From Stramenopiles sp. TOSAG23-3 (Eukaryota): 40,277 bases of DNA. The translations under genes and the position numbers were made by a program. This document shows positions 28,228-38,671 of this stretch, one piece after another; position 1 is the stretch's first letter; each line of letters starts with the position of its first letter. The notes under the pieces are model-generated. The model did not search any database, was not told where the DNA came from, and was given only the letters and a program-made list of their open reading frames with translations. The stretch spans positions 1 through 40,277 of the forward strand of contig LT642183.1 in NCBI GenBank assembly GCA_900128585.1. The letters run 5' to 3'.

Positions 28228-28494
28228 GCTTTTTTCACGGGGGGGTATATTTTTAAAAATTGGGGGATGGGTCAAGAATTAAGACAGTGTAAAATTTACT
28301 AAAACAAAGTAAGTAAAATTCTGAAAGTGTAGTAACGGCTAAGACTGGCAAAAATAGTTTTTCTACTTTTCGCATACTTCGTATAATTGTTTTTAATCTT
28401 ACGAATCGATATTGTAAGCATTAAAAACGTATTATTCTTACGCACTTTGTTTTTTTAATAAAAACAGCCAGAATTTTGTTTTTACACAAGGGGC

Positions 28495-31400
28495 TTATTT
28501 GTTGATTTTGGCTCGAACGCTGACGGGATGGCTTTTCTTCTTAACGCGTACTTTCGTGTTGTTATGTGCTAACCTCTGGGCCTTTGTTTCACTTTCTTTT
28601 CTTTTCTTCTTTCCACCACAAAACGCTTTGAGAAGTTTTTTAAAGCGAGCCTTGCTCTTCCAACACTCTTCGCATATTAGCGACTCAACGAATACTTGCT
28701 TCGTCTTGTCTTTCATTGCAGGGCTCGGAAATTTTGCATCGAACGTCATCATAATCGTCAGCCATGCCTTCATCGTGTTGCCTTCCGTGTTTGTCCAGAC
28801 ATCACGAATTGCAGCTACCAACTCGTCTAACACTCCGGAAGGCATCCCACCGTTCGCCGCGGAAAACAGACCAAACATGATTTTGGGGATGACAACTTCC
28901 ATCACACGGTGCCTGAGCACTTGATTTTGAGCAAAGCGGTCCACGATAATTGTGTACAACGCTAAAATAGATTCATTCGCTGACTTAATGAAGGACCGAC
29001 CCGCCCTTCTATCTTGGCAAAGGAGTCCCACCATCAGCAAGTTCACAGCCAACTCCGTGATGGGACCTTCGCTCAATATGAACTCCGTGTGTAAGCATAT
29101 TAATCGGGACAGTAAGTCCGCTACTTTCGATGCCGTTGATGGAATTTTATCATAGGCGCCAGGCTGCGAAAATAGGCGATGGGATATCTGCAAAATTTCA
29201 ACAGTCCCGGGTAAAACGACGTTTTGTCCCGCCTGGTATTTCGTTGAAAGGTCCAATAAGAACTGGCAGACATCCAAATAGCAGGGCCTCGGCGATGCCA
29301 CGTACAATGTCCCCATTCCTTTCAATGTTTTTATCAAACTATTCACGTATTTCCCCTTCTCGCAAGTGGAAACGTCGACGTCCCCCAGCAAAGATTTTAT
29401 GCCTCTGCACAATGCCTCGTGCGCACTGTCAGCAGCCTCATCGTCGGCGTGGAGAGCAGTGGTGGACATCAGCGACATCACGGGTGAAAAATACTTTTCG
29501 AGCGTCGACAAAGGACTCCACATAAGTTCTCCGCTGCTAGCATTGGAAGCTGGTCTGTATTTGCTAAAGACCATTTCCAAGCACTGCCCTGCAAAAAGAA
29601 GATCCTTCCCTTCTATTGAAGTATAGGCGAAAATAGGTTCTAAAGGGGACAGTAAAAGCCCTTCTACTGTTGCCGGGGTCGTGTGTTCCAAAGGGATGAC
29701 TGACGCAAGGCGGCAGAGCCCATGCAAAATAAACAATATATCGTCAGGGTCCATGTCGGGGCCGGAGCGGCGAGTCCACAACTGTTCACACAGAGTAAAG
29801 AAAGAATCTGGCCTATTCATAAAATGGGGGTTCGCTGTTTGCTCGCACAGTTTTGCAAACGCGATGCACCCGACGTGGTTCTGCTTCAATCGAAGTGGGT
29901 ACGTCTTACTGTGCTCTCGTGCTATTCCTATACTGTTTCCGACGATGTCAAAAGCCATACTGACGTACTTGGGGTGTACAGTAATCCAGTGGGCCATTTG
30001 CCCGATCAGTACCACTGTGCTGCAATTTATAGAGGGTGAGGCCGAGAAATTCTGGACACCTATATTGAAAAACGATTCAAAAAGTGGCACGAGAGACTCA
30101 TCTTTTTTGTCGCAAAATTTGTTCAGCGCACCGACGGCGTGCAGACCGGCCTCAACGTTTCTCCAATTTCCAGAATTATTTACAAGCTGGTGGACCGCAA
30201 TCTCTACAACTTCGTTGAAAGTCGATGGGCGTCGGTCGGGTGCTGAAAAATATCGCAGTGTGTCCCGTGCATCGTTGCGGTATGCCTGGAACTCATCGCG
30301 GTCAAAGGCGACCATTTCCGTTTCGTACTGTTCCGTGTATTTTGCAGCAAACAAGACTGCCTCTGATACCTTTCTAATTACAGCATCTAGTGACTTGAAG
30401 CATGGCAAGTCTGCAACCCTGCGCCAAGAAAATAAAGTTGGTTTGACCACACGCCAAGATGGATGCGTGGTCGCAGATAATAGAATACTGATCAAAGGCT
30501 CAAATTGTTGTACCTCCATGTGGCTGATGGCCCTTCCATTCGCGTCTACACCTACGCTTTTCAATGCTGCTGGCAGCAGTACATCGGACATTTGACACAA
30601 GACGCCTACTATCAACTCACTTCTCTCATCGTCACGGTTGGCGGCAATATCTGGCAGCGACGTAGTAATCGGCTGGGAAACGTACTTCATCATTATTCCT
30701 GAAACGTGCTGCAAGTGCAACGGTGTAAAAAATTCCTCGTCCTCCATTTCCTCCCCAGCAACACTATCGATAGCTGCGACAATAAAGTCTCTTGAAGCCT
30801 GAAGAAGCCTTTCCTCGTTTGCAAAACAGAGGGCATCAAAAACACCCTTTAAAAGCCTCGAGGACGACAGAATGGTCCCGTGCACACACCCTGTCGTGAG
30901 GTAGTAGTAGAATCCACGAATTGCAATTTCTTGAATTTGCGGCTCGCTACTGCTTTCTACAAAAGTGCAAAAAAAGTCATGAATCAAACTAATCTTGGAT
31001 CGCAAGAAATGCTTGTACGCGATGCGTTGTTTAGGGGGCAGGCCTGCCGAACGACTGCACGTAGAAATTTCAGGCAGCACGCTCAAAAAAAAGGCGTACC
31101 CAATAGGCGGCAACGCTTTGGCGAGATCAAAAATTGCAGCATGATAATCCCAGACAAGCGGCCACCGCGCCACCTGGGCCGCGATGGACGTGGCTAACTG
31201 CTTCAGTATGGCCGCGTTGATGGGCAGCATTTGCGCGTAGTGTGAAAAAATTGCGACAGATATGTCTCTCACCTCGCAGCCAAGCTTAACCGTACTGGCA
31301 TCGTTCTTCTTATCGTCTCGGATAGGCCTTCCACGACAGGACTTATACGACAGCATTTGAGAGGCCAACAATTTCTCTGGCAAAGAGTGCGTTTGGGATT

Positions 31401-31545
31401 GCAATATTTTAAAAGCCGCTCCCCAAGCAGAGTCCAATTTCCGGTACTTCATGATCCATTCACTTGCCCCTTTGTCCCCGTGAGAGATTACCTTTTTTAC
31501 GCACTCAGCATACATGCTGTGGTCGGCGTCTTCGGACGAAGCCAT
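28495..31545 (-). CDS. Karyopherin-beta family protein, transportin-3/importin-13-like
   Basis: 1016-aa HEAT-like helical protein; ASEWIMKYRKLDSAW...LLASQMLSYK (importin N-term-like), LKQLATSIA, FLSVLPE, DEFQAYRNDARDTL, WRNVEAGLHAVGAL. Confidence 0.78.
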   Translation of the reverse strand: MASSEDADHSMYAECVKKVISHGDKGASEWIMKYRKLDSAWGAAFKILQSQTHSLPEKLLASQMLSYKSCRGRPIRDDKKNDASTVKLGCEVRDISVAIFSHYAQMLPINAAILKQLATSIAAQVARWPLVWDYHAAIFDLAKALPPIGYAFFLSVLPEISTCSRSAGLPPKQRIAYKHFLRSKISLIHDFFCTFVESSSEPQIQEIAIRGFYYYLTTGCVHGTILSSSRLLKGVFDALCFANEERLLQASRDFIVAAIDSVAGEEMEDEEFFTPLHLQHVSGIMMKYVSQPITTSLPDIAANRDDERSELIVGVLCQMSDVLLPAALKSVGVDANGRAISHMEVQQFEPLISILLSATTHPSWRVVKPTLFSWRRVADLPCFKSLDAVIRKVSEAVLFAAKYTEQYETEMVAFDRDEFQAYRNDARDTLRYFSAPDRRPSTFNEVVEIAVHQLVNNSGNWRNVEAGLHAVGALNKFCDKKDESLVPLFESFFNIGVQNFSASPSINCSTVVLIGQMAHWITVHPKYVSMAFDIVGNSIGIAREHSKTYPLRLKQNHVGCIAFAKLCEQTANPHFMNRPDSFFTLCEQLWTRRSGPDMDPDDILFILHGLCRLASVIPLEHTTPATVEGLLLSPLEPIFAYTSIEGKDLLFAGQCLEMVFSKYRPASNASSGELMWSPLSTLEKYFSPVMSLMSTTALHADDEAADSAHEALCRGIKSLLGDVDVSTCEKGKYVNSLIKTLKGMGTLYVASPRPCYLDVCQFLLDLSTKYQAGQNVVLPGTVEILQISHRLFSQPGAYDKIPSTASKVADLLSRLICLHTEFILSEGPITELAVNLLMVGLLCQDRRAGRSFIKSANESILALYTIIVDRFAQNQVLRHRVMEVVIPKIMFGLFSAANGGMPSGVLDELVAAIRDVWTNTEGNTMKAWLTIMMTFDAKFPSPAMKDKTKQVFVESLICEECWKSKARFKKLLKAFCGGKKKRKESETKAQRLAHNNTKVRVKKKSHPVSVRAKINK

Positions 31546-32193
31546 CCTGGTTTCAAGCGTCTAATCAAGCTGTGCTCTAGACAACGAACTCGGTTTTTAT
31601 GTAATATAATACTTTTGTCCCTTCTGATTCTACTATGTGTTTGAATCCTTCAATATTTCTCATTCCCAATACTTCCTGTTTCAATCTCTTTCATACATAC
31701 ACAGTATTTCTAGTTCTAATATTCATGAAAGAAGGTATTATATATTAATATATATTTTATTTTTTACATGATGAGAAGAGGTAGGAGGATGAATACGACA
31801 ATACGACTTGGTATTTATTATATAATTTTTATTTTTTACATGAGAGGATAATGATGAGAGGTGAGAGGAGGAAGAAAAAGATGTGTTTTTTATTATTCAT
31901 CTGAAGTAATAATATGGACTAATAAATATTAAATACCAACCTGATATTAAAACCGGTATCGCACACACACACTACGGATGGGTAGAACGGTATTAGTTAA
32001 TAGATAGAACACACACATAATTTAAAAAAAAAATTATATAGTATTAATATGTCACACAACATAATTAATATTATATACGAAGAAGTTGGTATTCGGCCTT
32101 TTTTATTATTTGCTTTTCTTCACGCGCTTTCGTGTTTATTCTCATCTCATCTCAACAAGGGGACAACTATATGCCTCATCATATATACACCAC

Positions 32194-33735
32194 TTACCAC
32201 CCGAGACTATAAAGGGTAGCAGAGAAGAGTTTCCCGATGGCCGCGCCCGAGTTCTCAAAAAACAGAGTGCTCATGGTTTCTGTTTCTGTGACTTGGACCT
32301 CATCCTTTTTTACCAGCGCCGCCCCGTCTACGGCAACCATGGCATAAACTTTTGATGAGAATGTCCCACTCAGCTTCACAGCAGAGAAATCCTGCGTCGC
32401 ATTGTACGTAGGTGCGCATTTAATGGAATCGTTGCCTGGGTTGTTCATGTTATCACAGTGAAATATGGCGCAGCTTTGGACAAGCATGGGCTTGCTTCCG
32501 GTTGCATTGTACCTGTAGTACCCGGAACTTCCCCACAGTACGTACGATTGGCTCTCTTCCCTGATAGCTGCGCCGCTGATATTTGCTTGCAAGGAGCAGG
32601 AAAAACCATCTATTGCATCCACGCGTAGTCTAAGGTTGACTGCTGACCTTGTGGAAATTGGAACGCATGACCCTTTTCTTACTAAGCTGGGTGAACCGTA
32701 AGAGCACGGAATACCTTTTTGTGCTGGTGGAATCTGTTCTGAAACGGAAGCAAGCTCGTCGTTAAGAGTGCGGAGTGCGTCTCCGCGCTCGTCCGGAGTA
32801 CCGGGATCAACTGGAACATCGGCTACTAGAAATGCGTCCTCCCTAAACCCTGTTGGGTCAAAATGTACACCTTTAATGGCACCGCTGCTATAAATACCGC
32901 TCCCAGAGCTGACATAACTCTCGCCAGTGTTGGCTGCCAACAAAACGCTGTTATGGGTCCGAGAAAACGCTTGCTGAAACATTGTCGCCGTGAATATTGG
33001 AGGCGAGTTATACCACCAGGTCGAATATACGAAATGCCGCACACCATCATTCAGCAGGTCTTGCACTGGATGATCAAACTGAATATCGAAACAAATGAAC
33101 ATGCCGAATCTCACACCAAAAGATGTTTTAAATGATGTAACTTCTGGTGTTTTTGGTCGATCTAGGGTTGGAAACGTATGGAATAGATGAAACTTGTGGT
33201 AAACAGCTAGTATAGACCCATCCAAACCGTCGAAGACCACGTTCGTGTTGAACTGGTACCGTCCGTCAGTCGGGCAGCCTCGGTCCAACGTGCGATTGCA
33301 AGGCTGGATGTCAATAGTATTTATTACCATTGTTGTTCTATACTTCAACGCCATACAGCTAGCATTCCTTAATAAATCAAAAATGTTGGTACTTTTCCTT
33401 CTGCAGGGAACGCTTCCCACAAAAGGTACTTGCTGCCCATAACGCCGAAGGAAGTCTCGACCAGTGCCAGTCCAATTGTGCGGAGGCTCAAGTCCCCAAG
33501 TCCACAACACAGCTTCTGGAAATACCATTATGTCTATGTTTTTTTCTGCGGCACGAATAGCGTACGATTCCATCGCACCCATTGTTTTCATCAAATTCTC
33601 TTCCGGTCCATCTTGTGAGCTACCCCTTGGAGCAAGTTCAACGACTGCCGAACGATACGTCAAACCGGACGGGAGCGCGTGGGCAACTGACAGGAACAGC
33701 AACAGTACCCATGCGACAGTTCGGTAACCACTCAT
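32194..33735 (-). CDS. Vanin/biotinidase-family (pantetheinase-like) carbon-nitrogen hydrolase, secreted
   Basis: Signal peptide; YRSAVVE, IMVFPE (Glu), CPTDGRYQFNTNVVFD, YHKFHLF (Lys), FGMFICFDI (Cys), LLAAN...GSGIY. Confidence 0.92.
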   Translation of the reverse strand: MSGYRTVAWVLLLFLSVAHALPSGLTYRSAVVELAPRGSSQDGPEENLMKTMGAMESYAIRAAEKNIDIMVFPEAVLWTWGLEPPHNWTGTGRDFLRRYGQQVPFVGSVPCRRKSTNIFDLLRNASCMALKYRTTMVINTIDIQPCNRTLDRGCPTDGRYQFNTNVVFDGLDGSILAVYHKFHLFHTFPTLDRPKTPEVTSFKTSFGVRFGMFICFDIQFDHPVQDLLNDGVRHFVYSTWWYNSPPIFTATMFQQAFSRTHNSVLLAANTGESYVSSGSGIYSSGAIKGVHFDPTGFREDAFLVADVPVDPGTPDERGDALRTLNDELASVSEQIPPAQKGIPCSYGSPSLVRKGSCVPISTRSAVNLRLRVDAIDGFSCSLQANISGAAIREESQSYVLWGSSGYYRYNATGSKPMLVQSCAIFHCDNMNNPGNDSIKCAPTYNATQDFSAVKLSGTFSSKVYAMVAVDGAALVKKDEVQVTETETMSTLFFENSGAAIGKLFSATLYSLGW

Positions 33736-34323
33736 TTGCAGGTTGACACTATCATTGAATCAAATCAATACCTGTCTGTTGCAGTCGTTATCGGTTCGTG
33801 TTTGACCGTTTATACAAGGTGGTAGATATGAACATAAGAATTCTTCTCTTAGTGGTCTTCTGCTTATCATTTCATGTTCAATATAGTATTCTCGATCGGG
33901 GGAGGGAGTGTAGTAATATAAATTTTATTATTTATTATTTTTTTTTTTATTATTTTTTTTTTTTATTATTATTATTAGAGACTATTATGTTAATAATGTC
34001 ATTATTAATATTAATAGTGTCTATTTTTTTATTTATTATTATTATTATTTTTTTACATCATTTTTTTTATTATTATTACTAATATAATAATATTATATGC
34101 ATCATGATCAAAAAAAAGGAAGAAAGAAGGAGGGCGGCTCCCTCCTCCTCGCCTCCTCATAATAGTTGCGAAAGAAAAAAAAGAAAGAAGGAGTAGAAGA
34201 AAAAAAATGCTCATACCGTACTCTACATCTAATGCTGTGTCTATTTTAGCGAGAAAATAGTAAAATACACAAGAAGAAATTCTTTAGAAAATTTTTGGTG
34301 TGAATACTACTTGGGGAGTTACT

Positions 34324-35736
34324 TCATACCTGTATTGCACCAAGCAAGTCCAATTTGTCTCCAAACTTTCGATGGACTAACCATCCCCCTAATTTCTGGT
34401 TCCACATTGCGGGTTTCTCCTTCTCACCAAACAGCTTCCAGGAATTGCGCTGGTTCCGACGAATGCGCTCAACATCATCTAATAAATCTTGCGAGTTAAC
34501 TTCCGTTCCCTGGGACGCAGAAACTATATCCTCTTCCAACGGGGGTTTCAGCAACCACCCACCCCTCGTTTCTTCGAAAATGTAGCCGCACAAATCGACA
34601 ACTTCTGGGGTTGCTAAAGGCTCCTTCTCGGCTTTGACCTGAGCAACCGGGGCCGTTTGTTTTCTTCCTTTCTTTTTCTTCTTCTTTTTTTTCTTTGGCT
34701 TGCTGAAGTCAGCAATCGCAAAGTCATCGTTTGTGAAAGCAGCGGGCTTCTTTTCTGCTGAGGCGGTCGGCTCGTTGGCTCCCAACGACTGAATAAATGC
34801 TTCGTTTGCCTCTGCGAATTCTCCTTGCTCCTCTTCTTGTGGCGCGGGCTTTGTTGGCGTTGGTACCTCCTGGGCCGCCGCGGGTGCCGGGGGGTTGCTA
34901 GCCGGTAATTTTGAGGCATTATCTGCCATGCCCATGGCGTCTAAGCCAGAAGAAATGTCGGTGATGTCAACAAAACCCTCGTTCGTGGGCCGGGAGCTGG
35001 CACTCAATTCAAGCACTTCAACGCCGCCCGATTGATTCGCCATTCCACCTAACTTGTCGCTCAACACACGGAATGCACCGGGTGGAATCAGCGCCGTCAC
35101 CGTGCATTCGTTAGCAGCCTCCCAGTTTTCTTCCACATAGGAAACGTTGTATTGTTCCATTTCTACTTTTAACCTCTTTAATGCCTTTGACGGGACGGAG
35201 AATCGGATTTTCATCTGAGAGCGAGCAATCGGCAAAAATTGTGCCAGTTTCGGGATAGCCTCTAGTGCTTGACTCTTTGAATTTTTTGACACGTTCACCG
35301 CAAAGTGTAGCTTCTCCTTCATCACTTTTTCTATGGTAGAGACGGTAAAAGGCGTGCCGGTCGTCGTGTCGATACATTTTTCGCTGATAATATTAGCGAT
35401 TTCTTTAAACTTGTTTTCAATTTGGAACTGCCTCTCCCTTCCGGAGACCTGCAAAACACCCTTCTTCAAAATTCTGAGGCATACGACGGAACGGTCAGAC
35501 GTGCCAAACGCAGCGACAAGATCTTCCTTTCTTGCCATCATTCCCCTCGTAACATTTGTGTAGACATCTTCCAATTGTAAAACTTCCGAAATATCAGTCT
35601 CTACCCCTTCCCTCCAATTCAGCACTTTACTCGGGTAGCATGCAATCTCAAAGCGGCGTTTCCCGACCTTCAATCTAACTATAGCAACATTTGTTAACCT
35701 CACCTGTCCGATCGCTTGGTTGATTCGAGCAGACAT
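34324..35736 (-). CDS. SBDS: Ribosome maturation protein SBDS/Sdo1 with a long C-terminal extension
   Basis: INQAIGQVRLTNVAIVRLKVGKRRFEIACY, WREGVETDISEVLQ, VYTNV, AFGT, ILKKGVLQVS, SKSQALEAI, PIARSQM. Confidence 0.95.
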   Translation of the reverse strand: MSARINQAIGQVRLTNVAIVRLKVGKRRFEIACYPSKVLNWREGVETDISEVLQLEDVYTNVTRGMMARKEDLVAAFGTSDRSVVCLRILKKGVLQVSGRERQFQIENKFKEIANIISEKCIDTTTGTPFTVSTIEKVMKEKLHFAVNVSKNSKSQALEAIPKLAQFLPIARSQMKIRFSVPSKALKRLKVEMEQYNVSYVEENWEAANECTVTALIPPGAFRVLSDKLGGMANQSGGVEVLELSASSRPTNEGFVDITDISSGLDAMGMADNASKLPASNPPAPAAAQEVPTPTKPAPQEEEQGEFAEANEAFIQSLGANEPTASAEKKPAAFTNDDFAIADFSKPKKKKKKKKKGRKQTAPVAQVKAEKEPLATPEVVDLCGYIFEETRGGWLLKPPLEEDIVSASQGTEVNSQDLLDDVERIRRNQRNSWKLFGEKEKPAMWNQKLGGWLVHRKFGDKLDLLGAIQV

Positions 35737-36326
35737 TGTATTGATACTCTGTACGAAATTTCTTCACCTCTGTCTCAATCAATCGCGCGCACTCGTTTAA
35801 GGCCTCTTCCCCTTTTCTTCGTGTGAACATTTCATTCACTTGTCATTCTCTACACTTCTAAGTAAGAAAGTTACAAAATAAGTAACACCGTTCTCCCTTC
35901 TCAAACATACTTCTATGGGATAAATTAATAATTACCTTGGTAGTACTACAGGTGGTATATAAAAAAAAATTATGCCAACAATTTTTTTTTCATTTTTCTT
36001 CTTCTTCTTTTCTTTGGTGGTTGTGGTACGGTACCTGGTACCTGGTACGGGATTAATGATAAATACAAGTACAAGTACAGGTGGTACCGTACCGGTAGTG
36101 CTTTAATTATTGTCTATTACTCCTCGTAGTCTAGACTGATTGGAACTATGGATATGAAACAATAAATAAAACGAGTACTCGTAGCAGAAGCGATGCCCAC
36201 TTTGCCACTTTGATGATGAAGGAATCACACCACAAATAAAATCGAGAAAAAGAGACAAAATTAATAATTTAAATAGGAAAATACTATACACAAAAATGTC
36301 ACACAAGTATATAGAGACTAAAAATC

Positions 36327-37973
36327 CTATTCTTCTTCTTCCTCCGCCGAAGAAGATACTTTTGGGGACGGTATGATGGAAAATACCAAGTCATAAAGAA
36401 TGATTGATAAATTAACGATGCAACCAACGGCACCGCACCAAAAATACACGCCTCCAATGGGCAAACATTGGGGTGTATCGTTTCCACAGTCAGACACCAC
36501 GAACCCACTGAAGATGCTTACGAAAATCTGGGCAGCTGGCAAAGTATTGTTCACAATGCCAGTGGCCCAACCAACACGCTTATGCCCAACAACGCCTCTC
36601 ACCAATGCGTAAATGGCCGTGCTGTGGATCGAATAGGACGGTCCGGACAGCACCATTAGCGACAAGAGCGCGTAAGGGTTGTTTGGTCCAGAGTAGTAAT
36701 ACAATATCAAAGTTATTGAAATTGATAATTCGGACAAAAAGTACATGCGCTTTGTCCCGGAGCACATCCTTATCGTTGCTTGGTAAAATGGGACAAAGAC
36801 CATGCCCGAGAGCGTCTGCACAGCTGCCGTGACCATGGATACACGAAACCCAGATGTTCCGAACACCGTGTTTATTCCAATCCATGTGGTCCACCAGAAG
36901 ACTGCTAGGCACACAAGCGTCCACCCAGTAAATTGCGCCATGAGAAGCAATGCCAGAGCCAGAAGCCGGTGCCTTTTCCGACGCCGCTTATCTTCTCCAC
37001 CCTCGTCCTCCGTGTCCTCGTCTTCCGTGTCCATACCCCCGTGCCCAGGATCGCGAGGGTGGTTCAATGTGCCCGTCTCCAACACGGTGCTGCTTTTCTC
37101 CTGCACGTTCTTTATTGGCGCATACTCCCCGTTCGCTTCCTCCGCGTCCCCCTCGAAAGACTTATCCTTTCCCACAAACAGGGCAGTTCCGCACGACAAG
37201 GTTAAAAACGTCGCGCTCGTTCCCAGAAACACTTGAAAATGCGAGTAACCCCAGAACACCAAAGGGAAACTGCCAACGCACAGGGCCAGGAAACGCCCGA
37301 TTAGGGTGTACAAATTGTACAAGTTGTCCGCCCTACTCTCGATGAAGTTTATCGTTTCTTCCGACGTGCTTTCTGATGTATGACTGAGCGCCATGTCAAG
37401 CAGCAACGACCTTCCCGGGACCAGCAATAGATCGTGGCACAAGTCCATTATACCGAACGCTACAAAACACAGCACAATTTGGTGCTGTCGAGAAAGCAAC
37501 CACTTGTCGTAGAACACCAACACCAGCAAGCAGACCGTGGCAATAAGACCCAGAAAAAAGATGAATATTTTCCGTCGCCCGCAGCAGGAAGTGCGGCACC
37601 GGTCTGAAGCCCGGCCTAGTAGAGGTTGCAGGCATATGCCAAACAGAGGGTTGACCAAAAAAATTAAACTAGCAGTAGACGGGGATAGTGACAGTGGTTT
37701 GGCGAGGAGATGGGGAATTATGACCGACTCCCCTGCCGCCCACCCGTACTCTACAGCTGAGCCCGTCAACGAGACCCCTTGCAATCGCCACAAACTATGG
37801 GACCGGCCGCTCTCGCTCTCCATAAGATTGCCCGTTTTATCACCCTCACCAGAATCATCATTTACAACGGTGTCGATAAAAGGTTCTTTGAAATCGCCGT
37901 GCGGGGAACTGAAGGCTGAGTTCTTCGAACGTGACAGACCCTTGCCGCTCCCCCGTCGCGCTGGAGACGCCAT
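36327..37973 (-). CDS. MFS sugar transporter of the sucrose:H+ symporter (SUC/SUT)/SLC45 family
   Basis: VEYGWAAGESVIIPHL (cf. VQFGWALQLSLLTPY), LQPLLGRASDRC...GRRKIFI, FGIMDLCHD...PGRSLLLD, GWATGIVN...AQI; about 12 TM segments with an acidic central loop. Confidence 0.85.
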   Translation of the reverse strand: MASPARRGSGKGLSRSKNSAFSSPHGDFKEPFIDTVVNDDSGEGDKTGNLMESESGRSHSLWRLQGVSLTGSAVEYGWAAGESVIIPHLLAKPLSLSPSTASLIFLVNPLFGICLQPLLGRASDRCRTSCCGRRKIFIFFLGLIATVCLLVLVFYDKWLLSRQHQIVLCFVAFGIMDLCHDLLLVPGRSLLLDMALSHTSESTSEETINFIESRADNLYNLYTLIGRFLALCVGSFPLVFWGYSHFQVFLGTSATFLTLSCGTALFVGKDKSFEGDAEEANGEYAPIKNVQEKSSTVLETGTLNHPRDPGHGGMDTEDEDTEDEGGEDKRRRKRHRLLALALLLMAQFTGWTLVCLAVFWWTTWIGINTVFGTSGFRVSMVTAAVQTLSGMVFVPFYQATIRMCSGTKRMYFLSELSISITLILYYYSGPNNPYALLSLMVLSGPSYSIHSTAIYALVRGVVGHKRVGWATGIVNNTLPAAQIFVSIFSGFVVSDCGNDTPQCLPIGGVYFWCGAVGCIVNLSIILYDLVFSIIPSPKVSSSAEEEEE

Positions 37974-38671
37974 TCACTTCTGCCTACCTTTCTATGAACA
38001 ACCAACCCTTTTTCGTTCCTGGACCGCAAGCACAAACTGCTTTCCACGCGACCACTTCTTTCTTCCTTTTCATTACAATCAATCTTTCCTTTCATTCCCT
38101 TCTTTTCGTTCTTTTAATCATACATACGACTGTATATACTGCAGTAAATAGTAATAATTCAAAAAAATAGTGCTTGTTCCATTTTTTTATATTATTTTTT
38201 TAATTATTATTTTTTATTATTATTATTATATTTTTTTGTTTTTTTTTGTTTGTTGTTTATTATTGTTGAGTTGTTTCTTCTTTTTTTTCTTGTTGTTGAT
38301 GATGTGATCTTGTATATTATAATATTAATTTTGTTGATACAGTATTATTGTAGTCTTCTATTATTATTTATTATTCTTCCTCTTCTCCTCCTCCCAAAAA
38401 AAACCATCATTTTTTAATTTTATTTATATTATTTATTTTGCTGAACCTTTTTTTGTTGTTAAAGGTTATTATTGTATTGTGTAGTTAGGGTTAGGGTCCA
38501 CCACCAAATAAAATAAATAGATCATCATGGCAAAAAGTGCAAAAATGCAGGATGTATATCAGCTTAACAAATCTAGGATTGTTTGAAGCTGAATTGAAAT
38601 TTCATAAAGAGAATCTAAGTAACTTTAGTAGGTGTATCCGTCCGTTCTTTGTCAAGAGTACGTTTTTGTCC

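Noticed and set aside
29681..30595. 304-aa antisense ORF and other long overlapping ORFs (e.g. 3517-4095, 13232-13801, 37537-38151)
   Set aside because: They are shadows of well-supported genes on the opposite strand and have no recognisable motifs.
33798..34082. Hydrophobic 94-aa ORF (also 11389-11577, 12057-12406, 13809-14135)
   Set aside because: Products of AT-rich low-complexity spacer sequence.
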